From: a virus
Lineage: Duplodnaviria > Caudoviricetes
IMG/VR virus record: IMGVR_UViG_3300017713_000042
Coordinates: 1-31,501 of that record
Length of the DNA stretch: 31,501 nucleotides
Strand: one strand, 5' to 3'
This document shows positions 1 to 9,239 of the stretch, piece by piece; position 1 is the stretch's first letter; every line of letters begins with the position of its first letter. A model generated the notes under the pieces. That model did not search any database. It was not told the DNA's origin and saw only the letters and a program-made list of their open reading frames with translations. The position numbers were made by a program, and so were the translations under genes.

Positions 1-1
1 G

Positions 2-118
2 AACGGTCAGACCATCAGCGCAGACATCACGATTGACAGCGACGAGAACGGTGTGTCGGCAGGGCCGATTACGCAGAGTGCCACCGTCACTGTTAACGGA
101 TATTGGAGCATCGTATGA
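2..118 (+). CDS. 3' end of a virion/tail-fibre-associated protein (partial)
   Basis: Frame 2 is open from the window edge (NGQTISADITIDSDENGVSAGPITQSATVTVNGYWSIV*); its TGA overlaps the next ATG (ATGA at 115-118). Confidence 0.7.
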   Translation, partial: NGQTISADITIDSDENGVSAGPITQSATVTVNGYWSIV

Positions 119-549
119 CCAGCCAACTTAACGTAGATACCATTGTAGACAAGGCTGGCTCTGGTGGCACGAATGTCAAGGTTGCCAACAACGCTGTGGC
201 TGTTGCTGAAGGTGGGGGTGCTACAACTAATGTTGTGGAGGGTCTGGCGAAGATGTGGATTAACTTTGATGGTCAAAGCACGATTGCCACACGAGACAGT
301 CACAATGTGTCAAGTATTACGGATGACGGCACAGGTCAGTACACAACATCTTATACGTCAAATATGGCAAGCGTAAACTACTCTGCGTCAGGAAGTAATA
401 ATCGGACTGGACTCTCTAGTACAACATTTATAAATGACACATCGTGGACTGCTACTACTGGCGGCATATCTAGTGCTACTGCTGAAAGCAATAACAATTA
501 CCTTGACTGCGATGCTGTACTCATCAGCATCTTGGGAGACCTCGCATAA
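115..549 (+). CDS. Tail-fibre-associated protein, paralogue 1 (ends GDLA)
   Basis: ATG 115 is coupled to the upstream stop; motif AKMWINFDG...DSHNVSSITDDGTGQY is shared with the next two ORFs; Ser/Thr/Gly-rich. Confidence 0.7.
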   Translation: MTSQLNVDTIVDKAGSGGTNVKVANNAVAVAEGGGATTNVVEGLAKMWINFDGQSTIATRDSHNVSSITDDGTGQYTTSYTSNMASVNYSASGSNNRTGLSSTTFINDTSWTATTGGISSATAESNNNYLDCDAVLISILGDLA

Positions 550-1367
550 TGGCAAGCATACTCAAAGTCGATACAATCACAGGAGTAACCACGGCTGGGT
601 CTATTGCGGTGACAGGCGAGGGCAACTCAACCACAACGAATTTGCAGCAGGGGTTGGCTAAATGCTGGGTAAATTTTAACGGTGGCGGTACTGCTGCTAT
701 CGGTGACTCTTTGAATGCTGCCAGTATTACGGATCAAGGCACAGGAAACTATAAATTTACTTTTTCTGCTAACATGGGCAACACAGACTTCTGTGCAACT
801 GGAACTGCTAAAGAAACAGACGGCACTGGTGCGGCTCATAACAATGGCACAGGAGCCATGTGTCACAGCCACTCTGCATCCACTGTAGAGTTTATTTCTT
901 TTTCACCGGATGGGAACACAAGAGATTGCACCATTGCTGGTCTAGATATTAAGGGAGACCTCGCATAATGGCTAGTGAACTGAGAGTAAACACCCTTAAG
1001 GATGCCGCTGGGAACAACAGCATTGCCACCAGCTTTGTGGCAAATGGTAGTGCAAAAGTAATTTGTACGTTCAATGGCACAGCTTCAGGAGCAACAGTCA
1101 GGACAAGTTTTAATGTAAGTTCCACTGATGACGATGCTACTGGTCAATACGGCGTAAACTTTACCAGTGCAATGTCAGGCACAGAGTTTACACCGACAGG
1201 CAGCAACATTGGAGATAGCACAACATCACTCAGAACACTGGGTATTGTCGCGGGTCTTAACGCTAATACCTCATCTTCTATCAATTTTGCCACCACTGAA
1301 GCTGATGGCACTGGTGCATATGTAGATTGGACGCACGTTAATACAGTAGTACACGGAGACCTCGCAT
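534..1367 (+). repeat. Gene-junction direct repeat GGAGACCTCGCAT x3 (535-547, 954-966, 1355-1367)
   Basis: Exact 13-bp match at three gene ends; the first two extend to 20 bp (GGGAGACCTCGCATAATGGC at 534-553 and 953-972). Confidence 0.9.
549..968 (+). CDS. Tail-fibre-associated protein, paralogue 2 (ends GDLA)
   Basis: AKCWVNFNG...DSLNAASITDQGTGNY; TAATG coupling; GGAGA SD. Confidence 0.7.
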   Translation: MASILKVDTITGVTTAGSIAVTGEGNSTTTNLQQGLAKCWVNFNGGGTAAIGDSLNAASITDQGTGNYKFTFSANMGNTDFCATGTAKETDGTGAAHNNGTGAMCHSHSASTVEFISFSPDGNTRDCTIAGLDIKGDLA

Positions 1368-1369
1368 GA
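968..1369 (+). CDS. Tail-fibre-associated protein, paralogue 3 (ends GDLA)
   Basis: AKVICTFNG...TSFNVSSTDDDATGQY; TAATG coupling. Confidence 0.7.
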   Translation: MASELRVNTLKDAAGNNSIATSFVANGSAKVICTFNGTASGATVRTSFNVSSTDDDATGQYGVNFTSAMSGTEFTPTGSNIGDSTTSLRTLGIVAGLNANTSSSINFATTEADGTGAYVDWTHVNTVVHGDLA

Positions 1370-2370
1370 GCAAGGCAGCAGAACTCGCCGCACTGATTGG
1401 TTCGCAGACGGCGTTGTCGAACAGGAGCCTGATTATCAACGGAGCCATGCAAGTGGCGCAGCGGGGTACGTCCAGCACAGGTCTGCACACTTCTGGATAT
1501 TATACAACGGACAGGTTCTCTTTAGTTTTTGGCAATGAAGATGAATTGAGGGTAACCATGACGCAAAATTCCGTCACTGACCTACCCAGCTTTGCTAATT
1601 CTTTGAAAGTGCAAACTACCACCGCCGAAAGCGCAATAGCCGCAGATGAAAGTTACTACATTATCAATCGCTACGAAGGCCAAGATTTTCAGCAGCTAAA
1701 ATACGGCACATCAAACGCACTCTCGACAACACTTAGTTTCTATGTGAAGTCGTCTGTTACTGGCACTTTTGCAGTAGCAATTTATCAAACTGACGGCAAC
1801 GACATTATCGGCTCAACCTATACAATCAACTCTGCTAATACTTGGGAACGTAAAACAATCACCTTTGCTGGCAACACTCTTGCAGCAATCGTAGATGACA
1901 ACACCAATGCAATTATGATTGATTGGTTTTTGGCGGCTGGCTCCAACTTTACTTCAGTAAATAATACTAGCTGGGGTGGGTATGAAACAGGCAAGCTGGC
2001 ATTTGGACATGGCACAAATGCAGTAGCCACCACTACAAACGCTACTTGGGAAATGACAGGAGTGCAGTGGGAACTTGGCGAACAGGCCACGCCGTTTGAG
2101 CATCGGTCCTTTAGCGATGAGTTGCGACGGTGCAAACGATATTACGAATTTTTAAATACATATGTATACGGAACGCAATACGCCACCGCACCCGCCAGTT
2201 TGGGGATGTTTTATTGGACAGAAGAAAAACGGACACAACCCACCATGTCAGCAGACACCAATGGTGCTAGTCACTCGCTCAATGCGGTTACCACCAGTGG
2301 GGGGTACATCTATAAAAACCCATATTCTGATACTGCTGTAATTGGTTTAAGGGGAGATGCAGAGTTATGA
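1366..2370 (+). CDS. Putative tail fibre / carbohydrate-binding-like virion protein
   Basis: NRSLIINGAMQVAQRGTS N-terminal motif and GVQWELGEQATPFEHRS..DELRRCKRYY C-terminal motif, typical of marine phage fibre proteins. Confidence 0.65.
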   Translation: MSKAAELAALIGSQTALSNRSLIINGAMQVAQRGTSSTGLHTSGYYTTDRFSLVFGNEDELRVTMTQNSVTDLPSFANSLKVQTTTAESAIAADESYYIINRYEGQDFQQLKYGTSNALSTTLSFYVKSSVTGTFAVAIYQTDGNDIIGSTYTINSANTWERKTITFAGNTLAAIVDDNTNAIMIDWFLAAGSNFTSVNNTSWGGYETGKLAFGHGTNAVATTTNATWEMTGVQWELGEQATPFEHRSFSDELRRCKRYYEFLNTYVYGTQYATAPASLGMFYWTEEKRTQPTMSADTNGASHSLNAVTTSGGYIYKNPYSDTAVIGLRGDAEL

Positions 2371-2552
2371 TTATAGTAAACGCACAATACATAAAGGCTA
2401 CTCTGGATAACCCAGACAATGAAAATACTGGGGTTAAGGCGACGATTGATGGCGTTGAATGTTGGGTTCCAATGACTGTAGGCAACCGCCACTACGACGA
2501 AATCATGCGACAGGTCGTAGCCGGTGACTTGACAATCGTGGACGCTGATTAA
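2367..2552 (+). CDS. Small protein, likely fibre-associated/chaperone
   Basis: ATGA-coupled to the fibre gene; VPMTVGNRHYDEI..QV..G.LTI.DAD motif. Confidence 0.55.
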   Translation: MIIVNAQYIKATLDNPDNENTGVKATIDGVECWVPMTVGNRHYDEIMRQVVAGDLTIVDAD

Positions 2553-2564
2553 AGGAGATTAATT

Positions 2565-3221
2565 ATGAGCGGTCTTAGCGTAACAACACAGCCACAATCA
2601 GAGCCGCTCACAAGTGCTGAGACAATAGCGTATCTGCGTTTAGATGCTAACGTAGACACAACGCTGATTAGCAATCTTATCAAAGCAGCTAGAATCTGGA
2701 CTGAGAACTATACAAACCGCACACTGATAAACACAGTATTAGCTTTAAGTTTGGATCGTGTGGGTGAGGTTGAGATGCCTTTGAGAGAAGGCGTGTATAC
2801 CGCACCGTATCAAGTATCTTATTTGAATTACATTGAGCTTCCACGCTCTCCTGTATCCAGTGTGGCTAGTGTTCTTTATTTCAATGATGCCAATACTCAA
2901 AGCACATGGGCTGCTACCAACTATTTTGTTGATACAGTGCGAGAGCCAGCTCGTATTGTTTTGCGGGATAGCGGATCATGGCCAACCGATTTAAGGAACG
3001 CCAATGGTGTTGTAGTAAACTACACAGCGGGATACGGAACTAACACAACAGATGTACCAGAGGCTATTCGCGTGGCAATGTTGGAGTACATCACGTTTCT
3101 TTATGAGCATAGAGGTGATGATGAGGGCAGGAGACTTGAGCCTTCACCGATGATCAAAAGTCTTTTGCAGCCATATGTCATAATGAGATACGGAAAGAGT
3201 GCTTTCGGCGGGGGGTACTAA
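2565..3221 (+). CDS. Head-tail connector (adaptor, HK97 gp6/phiE125 gp8-like)
   Basis: EPLT..E...YLRLD...LI.AAR...E.YT.R.L and YTAGYG...VPEAIR.A.L.....LYEHR motifs; strong AAGGAG SD. Confidence 0.85.
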   Translation: MSGLSVTTQPQSEPLTSAETIAYLRLDANVDTTLISNLIKAARIWTENYTNRTLINTVLALSLDRVGEVEMPLREGVYTAPYQVSYLNYIELPRSPVSSVASVLYFNDANTQSTWAATNYFVDTVREPARIVLRDSGSWPTDLRNANGVVVNYTAGYGTNTTDVPEAIRVAMLEYITFLYEHRGDDEGRRLEPSPMIKSLLQPYVIMRYGKSAFGGGY

Positions 3222-3568
3222 TGTCCATTGGCAAGATGCAGCATTACTTGACGCTACAGACTAGAAGCAACTCTGCTGACGGCGGTGGGGGTGGCTCATC
3301 TTCTTGGGGTACTTTGGCACAGGTATGGGGCCGCATTGAAGCCAAGGGCGGTGGAGAGCGGTTCTTTGGTGATCAAAACGAAGCAAGGACAACCCATTTG
3401 ATTACCATTAGGTTTCGCCGCAATCTAACGCCAGCACAAAGGATTTTGTATTCTTACACAGTAGATGGCACATCATATACCCGCACATTCAATATCAAAC
3501 GCATAGAGAACAAGGGTGAGAGAGATAAATACCTTGAGATCATGTGCGAAGAAGGCGTGGCGACATAA
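3221..3568 (+). CDS. Head closure protein (SPP1 gp16-like)
   Basis: DGGGG...W......WG.IE...G.E...THLITIRFR...LEIMCEE pattern; position after the adaptor. Confidence 0.85.
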   Translation: MSIGKMQHYLTLQTRSNSADGGGGGSSSWGTLAQVWGRIEAKGGGERFFGDQNEARTTHLITIRFRRNLTPAQRILYSYTVDGTSYTRTFNIKRIENKGERDKYLEIMCEEGVAT

Positions 3569-3993
3569 TGGCTGGCATTAAAGTAAAGGTCACTCGCAAG
3601 CCTCGCACCCGTCAAGTTGTCAAAGAATACACATCTGACGCCAAGCAACTGGTGGGGAGGGCGGCAAACCTTGTTCGCAACACAGCAGTCAATTCCATCC
3701 TGCAAGGCGCAAAGAGCGGCGTTACATACTCCAAGTATAACCCACGCCGCACTCACACAGCATCGGCTGCTGGTGAGCCTCCTGCAAGTGATACAGGCTA
3801 TTTGGCTAACAATATACACCTGACTATTGATGTTGATGGGCTTGGCGCAAGCGTTGAAAGTCGTGCGGACTATTCAAGCCACCTAGAATTTGGTACAACC
3901 AAGATGGCAGCAAGGCCATTCATGCACCCTGCTGTTGAAGAAAATAGGCCAAGTATACGAAGGCTGGCGCAACGAATGATTAAGGCTAAGTAA
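3568..3993 (+). CDS. HK97 gp10-like neck/tail completion protein
   Basis: ASAAGEPPASDTGYL...YSSHLEFGTTKMAARPFMHPA; ATG 3568 overlaps the upstream TAA. Confidence 0.85.
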   Translation: MAGIKVKVTRKPRTRQVVKEYTSDAKQLVGRAANLVRNTAVNSILQGAKSGVTYSKYNPRRTHTASAAGEPPASDTGYLANNIHLTIDVDGLGASVESRADYSSHLEFGTTKMAARPFMHPAVEENRPSIRRLAQRMIKAK

Positions 3994-4403
3994 TGTCTAT
4001 CCATAGCTGGGAATTGCAAAGATCAGTGTTTTCTGCCCTGAACGGGGCCAGTATTACTGATGCTGGTGGTAGTGCGATTACTGGTGTTTTTGATGAGGTT
4101 CCTGAAGGGACAGCATATCCATATGTTGTGATTGGTGAGGAAGCCTCTAACAACATATCAACAAAAACCTTGGATATGCATGAACATACCCTTACGATCC
4201 ACACTTGGTCACAATATCGTGGCTTAAAAGAGATTAAGGTGATCATGAAGCAGGTTTATGATACTCTTAATAATGCAAGCCTGAGTGTTTCAGGTGGTCA
4301 AGCAGTGAATATGAAACAGGAGTTTCTTACAACGCTGGTTGATGGAGATGGAATAACACGGCATGGGATCATGCGATTTCGTGCTGTTGTGTCAGACAGT
4401 TAA
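3993..4403 (+). CDS. Tail terminator (DUF3168-like)
   Basis: VFDEVPEGTAYPYVVIGE...HTWS...DGDGITRHG..RFRA. Confidence 0.85.
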   Translation: MSIHSWELQRSVFSALNGASITDAGGSAITGVFDEVPEGTAYPYVVIGEEASNNISTKTLDMHEHTLTIHTWSQYRGLKEIKVIMKQVYDTLNNASLSVSGGQAVNMKQEFLTTLVDGDGITRHGIMRFRAVVSDS

Positions 4404-4415
4404 AGGAGAATAGAC

Positions 4416-4829
4416 ATGGCGGCACAAAAAGGTTCAGCCCTACTTCTGAAAATCGGCAACGCGGGTTCGCCGGAGACTTTTACAACTATTGGTGGCCTGC
4501 GGTCCACATCAATTACTATGAATGATGAGGCTGTGGATATCACCAACAAGGATAGCTCCGCTGTCCGTGCTTTGCTGGCGAATGGTGGGGTGCAATCCAC
4601 AAGCATTTCTGGTTCTGGGGTGTTTACGGACGCCGCATCTGAAACAACCCTTAGAGGTAAGTTTGGGGCGGCAACATTCAGTAACTTCCAAGTTATTGTC
4701 CCAGATTTCGGCACCTACACAGGAGCTTTCATGGTATCAAGCCTTGAATATGCTGGTGAGTACAATGGTGAAGTAACATATACTGTAACGCTGGAATCCA
4801 GCGGTGCTATTACGTTTGCCACGGTCTAA
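4416..4829 (+). CDS. Major tail tube protein (TP901-1/GTA-like)
   Basis: MAAQKG..LLLKIG...TIGGLRST.I..N.E.VDITNKDS...EYAGEYNGEVTY...LESSG. Confidence 0.9.
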   Translation: MAAQKGSALLLKIGNAGSPETFTTIGGLRSTSITMNDEAVDITNKDSSAVRALLANGGVQSTSISGSGVFTDAASETTLRGKFGAATFSNFQVIVPDFGTYTGAFMVSSLEYAGEYNGEVTYTVTLESSGAITFATV

Positions 4830-4832
4830 TAA

Positions 4833-5105
4833 ATGGCTTGGTCAAGCGTTGATGTAAAAATCAAAGGCAAGGATTGGGGGGCTATGATGAAGCCCTCTGA
4901 TTCCGTCATTGTTTTTTCAGTATCTTGCGCCTGTAAGATTAAGGCGGGGGATACTATTGAGTGCGGTGGCGAGACATACAAAGCCGTAAACGTAACTGAT
5001 GTAGCCCAAAGGGGCGAAACATATTTGGTAGAAACCGAAGGAAAGTCAGATGGCAAATCCAAAGCGCGGAGAGCTAACGATAGCTCTGGGGAAGAAGAAG
5101 TATAA
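4833..5105 (+). CDS. Hypothetical beta-rich protein in the tail module
   Basis: ORF fills the gap between tail tube and chaperone genes; the 3' end overlaps the next gene. Confidence 0.55.
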   Translation: MAWSSVDVKIKGKDWGAMMKPSDSVIVFSVSCACKIKAGDTIECGGETYKAVNVTDVAQRGETYLVETEGKSDGKSKARRANDSSGEEEV

Positions 5106-5397
5106 AGCTAAGGTAACGCTTGATGTCGTTATGCGTATTGAGCAATCGGTTGGCAAAGGCGTGGTCAAGATTGTGCAAGCGTTGTCCGAAGGTGAGCTTA
5201 CCACTTCCCAAATGGTCGCCATTCTTACCCCTGCCATACGAGGCGGGGGCAATGATGTTAACGAGAAAGATATCGGCGAGGATTTGTGGGCCGCTGGTTT
5301 GAGCGATGGCATGAAGGCTGTTGGTGAAATAGCCTCGACAATACTAGGGGCTGGCGGTGATGAGGGAAACGACGAAGAGGCGGCAGCACTACTTTAG
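5050..5397 (+). CDS. Tail assembly chaperone (lambda gpG-equivalent, GTA gp10-like)
   Basis: MANPKRGE N-terminus; lies between tail tube and tape measure genes; slippery heptamer near the 3' end. Confidence 0.85.
   Translation: MANPKRGELTIALGKKKYKAKVTLDVVMRIEQSVGKGVVKIVQALSEGELTTSQMVAILTPAIRGGGNDVNEKDIGEDLWAAGLSDGMKAVGEIASTILGAGGDEGNDEEAAALL
5364..5370 (+). other. -1 programmed ribosomal frameshift site G GGA AAC
   Basis: X XXY YYZ heptamer in the correct frame; the -1 frame is open from here (RRRGGSTTLDELPWELWM...) to TAA 5591. Confidence 0.85.
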
Positions 5398-5591
5398 ACG
5401 AATTGCCGTGGGAGCTATGGATGCAAACAGCAATAGGTAAAATGGGCATCCAGCCAAGCGTATTCTGGGACATGAGCTTCCCAGAGCTTTATGCGGCATT
5501 TGAAGGGTTCGCAGAGTTTCATTCAGGTGGTAAACCGCCGCCACTAACAGCGGGTGAGCTTGAGGACATGATGGAAAGGTATCCTGATTAA
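5370..5591 (+). CDS. Tail assembly chaperone C-terminal extension (gpT-equivalent)
   Basis: G.MG..P..FWDMS..EL.....G...PLT..ELE.MMERYPD motif; probably expressed as a frameshift fusion rather than from TTG 5403. Confidence 0.8.
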   Translation, partial: RRRGGSTTLDELPWELWMQTAIGKMGIQPSVFWDMSFPELYAAFEGFAEFHSGGKPPPLTAGELEDMMERYPD

Positions 5592-7927
5592 TGGCAACAA
5601 CAGTTGATACCTTACTCGTCCGTATTGAGGCTGATCTCAAGGACGTAAATCGCAAATTAGCTCAATTTGACAAAAATGTAGATAACACCACCAAAAAAGC
5701 TGGATCAAACTTTAGGAAGATTGGCACAGCGGCAAAAGTGGCCCTTACTGCTGTAGTTGTCCAACAGCTTACCCAAGCTGGGATGGCGGCTGTTCGCTTT
5801 GCGTCTAGCGTTGAGGAGATGCAAGCTAAGTCATCCGTAGTCTTTGGTGCGTTCACTCAAGATGTTAGAAGTGCGTTATCTGATTTTGGTGATGAGGTTG
5901 GCCGTAGCACCTTTGAGTTAGAAGGCATGGCATCCAGCATACAGGACACTTTTGTCCCTATGGGGTTTGCCAGAGGTGAGGCCGCAAAGCTATCTGTCGA
6001 ACTTACGAAGTTGGCCGTTGATGTTGCTTCATTCAACAACGCATCTGATACAGATACTATGGCAGCTTTCCAATCTGCGTTGGTCGGCAACCATGAGACT
6101 GTTAGACGATTTGGTATCGTTATTACTGAGTCAACGCTTCAGCAAGAGCTTTACCGTATGGGGGTCAAGCAAAACGCTGCTGATGTAGATAACGCCACTA
6201 AAGTACAGGCAAGGATGAACCTAATCCTTGCTGGCACTACAGATGCCCACGGTGATGCCGCAAGGACTTCTGGTAGCTTCGCAAACACAAGCAAAGCGTT
6301 GAAGGCAGCATTGGATGAATTGCTGGTAAATGCTGTCACTCCCTTGTTGCCAGCCCTTACAAATATGGTACAGGGGCTTGCTGATGCCGCAGTCGCACTT
6401 AATGATTTTCTAATAACTGTAGGTCTTATTGAAGAGGTCGGTTTAGAAGGCGCAAGCAGTATTGAGCTTCTGGCTGATAAAGAAAAGCTGTTAGCTGAAC
6501 AGACTGCTGCACTTACACGGGCAGAACAAAATCTAGCAGATGCTATGGATTTGGCTAACTCTGGATCAAGTCAAGCGGGACACGCAGTTGATGGTTTGCA
6601 AGCTAGGGTTGAAACATTTGGGAAGGTTGTCGCTAAAACAGCAAAAGAAGTTAATGATTTAGCGACTGCGATTGTCGCTGATAGTTTTTCTGAGGCATTT
6701 GTAGAAGGAGAGGCTCCTGCCCCTGCTAAAACCAAAGGCCAACAACAAGCAGAAGATAAAGTAACGGATGCTTTAACCAATCAAAAATTTGCAGTTAAGC
6801 AACTAAAGAATGAATTAGCTGGAATGCCATCAGCTTACTTAGCGGCAAACGAAGCGGCGCAAGGCTTGGCTGGAATAACAGGAGATCAACTTCAAGAGCT
6901 TACAGATTTAATTGAGGAAGAAGAAAGATACAAGGCAATCCTAGATGCGCGTGAAGTAGCCGCGAAGGCTTTAACAGAAGCTGAAGAAACTAGGAAAGAA
7001 AATGCAAAAGAAGTAACGGATACAATTAGAGACTTAACAATTGCTCAAGAGGAACTTGCAGCAAGAAATATGGGCGTAGCAGAGTCAACCATAGAGGCTG
7101 ATGCAGTTCTTCGTGATTTGATTGGAGTTGAAGAAGAGCAAGAGGAACAGATTAGAAAGATCATAGAAGAAACCCACGCGCTTGAAGCTCAAATGGCCGC
7201 TACTCAAGCTGCCAATGATAATTTTGCAGCCTCTGTAGATAGGGGCAAAGATTTCATTGCTGATATGGTCAGCGAGGAAGAAAAACTAAAAGCCATTCTA
7301 GATGATGTAGCTAACGCATATGGGCGTAACAGCGCAGAGTTCGTGGCGGCTCAAGAAATTATATCTCAGAAAATACAAGAGATGGACCCCATGTTTGCCG
7401 CATTCAAAGATGCAGCAGAAAAAGCAGGGGATGCAGTAGCTGATTCATTGGCTGATGCTTTGGTTGAGGGCAAGCTTTCCCTAGATAGCTTCCAAGATAT
7501 ATTCAAATCCTTTATCAAAGAATTGATAGCTGAAGCCATTAAGACATACATAATCAAGAGGTTGTTGTCTGCTGCTTTTAGTGGGTTTGCTGGCGGCGGC
7601 TCTGTAAGCACTGGCACAAGAGGAGGCGCATCACAGCCATCCGCTGGTGGGGGCAGAGTGGGTGGTCCTGTCTTAGTGGGTGAGAGAGGTCCAGAGTTGT
7701 TTGTCCCTCATTCTGCTGGCGTTGTAAAAAACAACATGGATACCAAGAATATGCTTGGGGGTTCTACAACCGTTGTTAATCAAACATTAAACATTGAGAC
7801 AGGTGTTTCTCAAACCGTTCGCGCAGAAATTACTAGCCTACTGCCTCAAATTAAACAGAACACAATTGCGGCTGTTATTGATCAACGTAAGCGCGGCGGC
7901 ACACTAGCTAACGCCTTTGGAGCTTAA
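5591..7927 (+). CDS. Tail tape measure protein
   Basis: 778 aa, Ala/Glu-rich helical; LLVRIEAD N-terminus; AGGG.V...LVGERGPELFVP C-terminal motif. Confidence 0.92.
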   Translation: MATTVDTLLVRIEADLKDVNRKLAQFDKNVDNTTKKAGSNFRKIGTAAKVALTAVVVQQLTQAGMAAVRFASSVEEMQAKSSVVFGAFTQDVRSALSDFGDEVGRSTFELEGMASSIQDTFVPMGFARGEAAKLSVELTKLAVDVASFNNASDTDTMAAFQSALVGNHETVRRFGIVITESTLQQELYRMGVKQNAADVDNATKVQARMNLILAGTTDAHGDAARTSGSFANTSKALKAALDELLVNAVTPLLPALTNMVQGLADAAVALNDFLITVGLIEEVGLEGASSIELLADKEKLLAEQTAALTRAEQNLADAMDLANSGSSQAGHAVDGLQARVETFGKVVAKTAKEVNDLATAIVADSFSEAFVEGEAPAPAKTKGQQQAEDKVTDALTNQKFAVKQLKNELAGMPSAYLAANEAAQGLAGITGDQLQELTDLIEEEERYKAILDAREVAAKALTEAEETRKENAKEVTDTIRDLTIAQEELAARNMGVAESTIEADAVLRDLIGVEEEQEEQIRKIIEETHALEAQMAATQAANDNFAASVDRGKDFIADMVSEEEKLKAILDDVANAYGRNSAEFVAAQEIISQKIQEMDPMFAAFKDAAEKAGDAVADSLADALVEGKLSLDSFQDIFKSFIKELIAEAIKTYIIKRLLSAAFSGFAGGGSVSTGTRGGASQPSAGGGRVGGPVLVGERGPELFVPHSAGVVKNNMDTKNMLGGSTTVVNQTLNIETGVSQTVRAEITSLLPQIKQNTIAAVIDQRKRGGTLANAFGA

Positions 7928-7929
7928 AG

Positions 7930-8559
7930 ATGGCCGCACCAACCTACCCACTAACAATGCCCACTAGCCCAGCTTACAAGACTAGCAGATGGGCTTTGCA
8001 GCGTCGCACAAACATAACTCAGTCACCTTTCACGGGTAATCAACAGGTTGCAGAGTATGACTTTGCGTTATGGACAACTGAATTAAATTTGCCGCCTATG
8101 AACAGGGAAAGTGCATCTGCATGGCAAGCGTTCCTGCTGCAACTTCATGGCAAGAGAGGGACTTTTTTACTTGGCGATCCAGATGCAAAGAACCCTAGAG
8201 GTGTAGTGACCGGCACGGTGACTTTGGATGCTGGTGTTAGCATAGGTGACTATGAGGTGCAATTGAACTCTGCAACTCAAGCCAGCACCTCAAATATGGT
8301 GAGGGCGGGGGACTATCTGCAAATTGGAGGTGGTTCAGCAGCAAAGTTACATATGATATGTGCTGACGCGTCATCTGATAGCAACGGTGATTTCACAGTT
8401 CAAATTGAGCCATCTATCAAAGCTGCTGGCAGTTCAGGAGCTTCTGTTGTGCTTTCAAGCGCACAGGGGGTTTTCAGGCTGTCAAATGATCTGGTTGGCT
8501 GGGATGCTAATGAGGTTTCTGTCTATGGCATTACCTTAGCGTGTATAGAGGCATTGTAA
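7930..8559 (+). CDS. Putative distal tail / tail-tip protein
   Basis: Directly after the tape measure gene; SPFTG.QQV...W...L.LPPM....A..WQAFL..L.G..GTF.LGDP...EAL. Confidence 0.65.
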   Translation: MAAPTYPLTMPTSPAYKTSRWALQRRTNITQSPFTGNQQVAEYDFALWTTELNLPPMNRESASAWQAFLLQLHGKRGTFLLGDPDAKNPRGVVTGTVTLDAGVSIGDYEVQLNSATQASTSNMVRAGDYLQIGGGSAAKLHMICADASSDSNGDFTVQIEPSIKAAGSSGASVVLSSAQGVFRLSNDLVGWDANEVSVYGITLACIEAL

Positions 8560-8786
8560 TGGATATGGTTCATATAATTGATGGATTGATTGCTGTCCTT
8601 GTAATGGGCGGCGGTTGGTTTCTTAGCAGTCAAGCCAAGGAATTGAAACGGGTTGAGATACTTTTGAATCGCACTCGTGAGGATTACGCCACTCGCACAG
8701 ATATGAGAGATGATATGAGAAACGTGATGGAGGCTCTGCATCGTGTAGAAGACAAGCTGGATCGCGTTTTAGGGAAATCAGAATGA
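8559..8786 (+). CDS. Single-TM plus coiled-coil protein, possible holin/lysis accessory
   Basis: N-terminal hydrophobic segment; lies immediately upstream of the lysozyme gene. Confidence 0.5.
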   Translation: MDMVHIIDGLIAVLVMGGGWFLSSQAKELKRVEILLNRTREDYATRTDMRDDMRNVMEALHRVEDKLDRVLGKSE

Positions 8787-8796
8787 GGGTAACACA

Positions 8797-9225
8797 ATGA
8801 ATATTAATAGGTTCATATCACAGTTGCGGTTCCACGAAGGTGTCAGGAATCAAGTTTACAAAGATCATTTGGGGATTGAAACCATAGGGGTTGGTAGAAA
8901 TCTGGTAGATAGAGGTCTGTCAGATGTGGAGGTTGATTACCTCTTGCAAAATGACATAACGATTGTTGAGGAGGAGCTTGATCGCAGCCTTCCGTGGTGG
9001 CGCGATATGTCAGAGGTTCGCCAAAGGGCATTAGCAGATTTGGTATTCAATATGGGGATGTCCAGATTACACGGTTTCGTCAAAACCTTAGATGCTCTGC
9101 AAAGGCGCGATTATGAGACCGCCGCAGAAGAATTGCTTGATTCCAATTACGCAAAACAAGTTGGGGCAAGGTCTGTTAGAGTAGCTGAGATGATACGCAC
9201 TGGTGACGATAGCGAGGATTTCTAG
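8797..9225 (+). CDS. Endolysin, T4-type lysozyme (GH24)
   Basis: Catalytic E14-x8-D23-x5-T29 (HEG...YKD.LG.ETIGVGRNL); FNMG; AAEELLDS.YAKQVG.R. Confidence 0.92.
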   Translation: MNINRFISQLRFHEGVRNQVYKDHLGIETIGVGRNLVDRGLSDVEVDYLLQNDITIVEEELDRSLPWWRDMSEVRQRALADLVFNMGMSRLHGFVKTLDALQRRDYETAAEELLDSNYAKQVGARSVRVAEMIRTGDDSEDF

Positions 9226-9239
9226 GACAGAAATCATGG

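Noticed and set aside
115-2370. Diversity-generating retroelement or invertible shufflon for tail fibres
   Set aside because: No reverse transcriptase or invertase in the window, no TR/VR pair with adenine-specific differences seen, and the repeats are direct and short
5662-7617. Antisense ORFs within the tape measure gene, and similar shadow ORFs in the primase, PP-loop and terminase genes
   Set aside because: Fully nested opposite well-supported genes, with no SD or recognisable motifs
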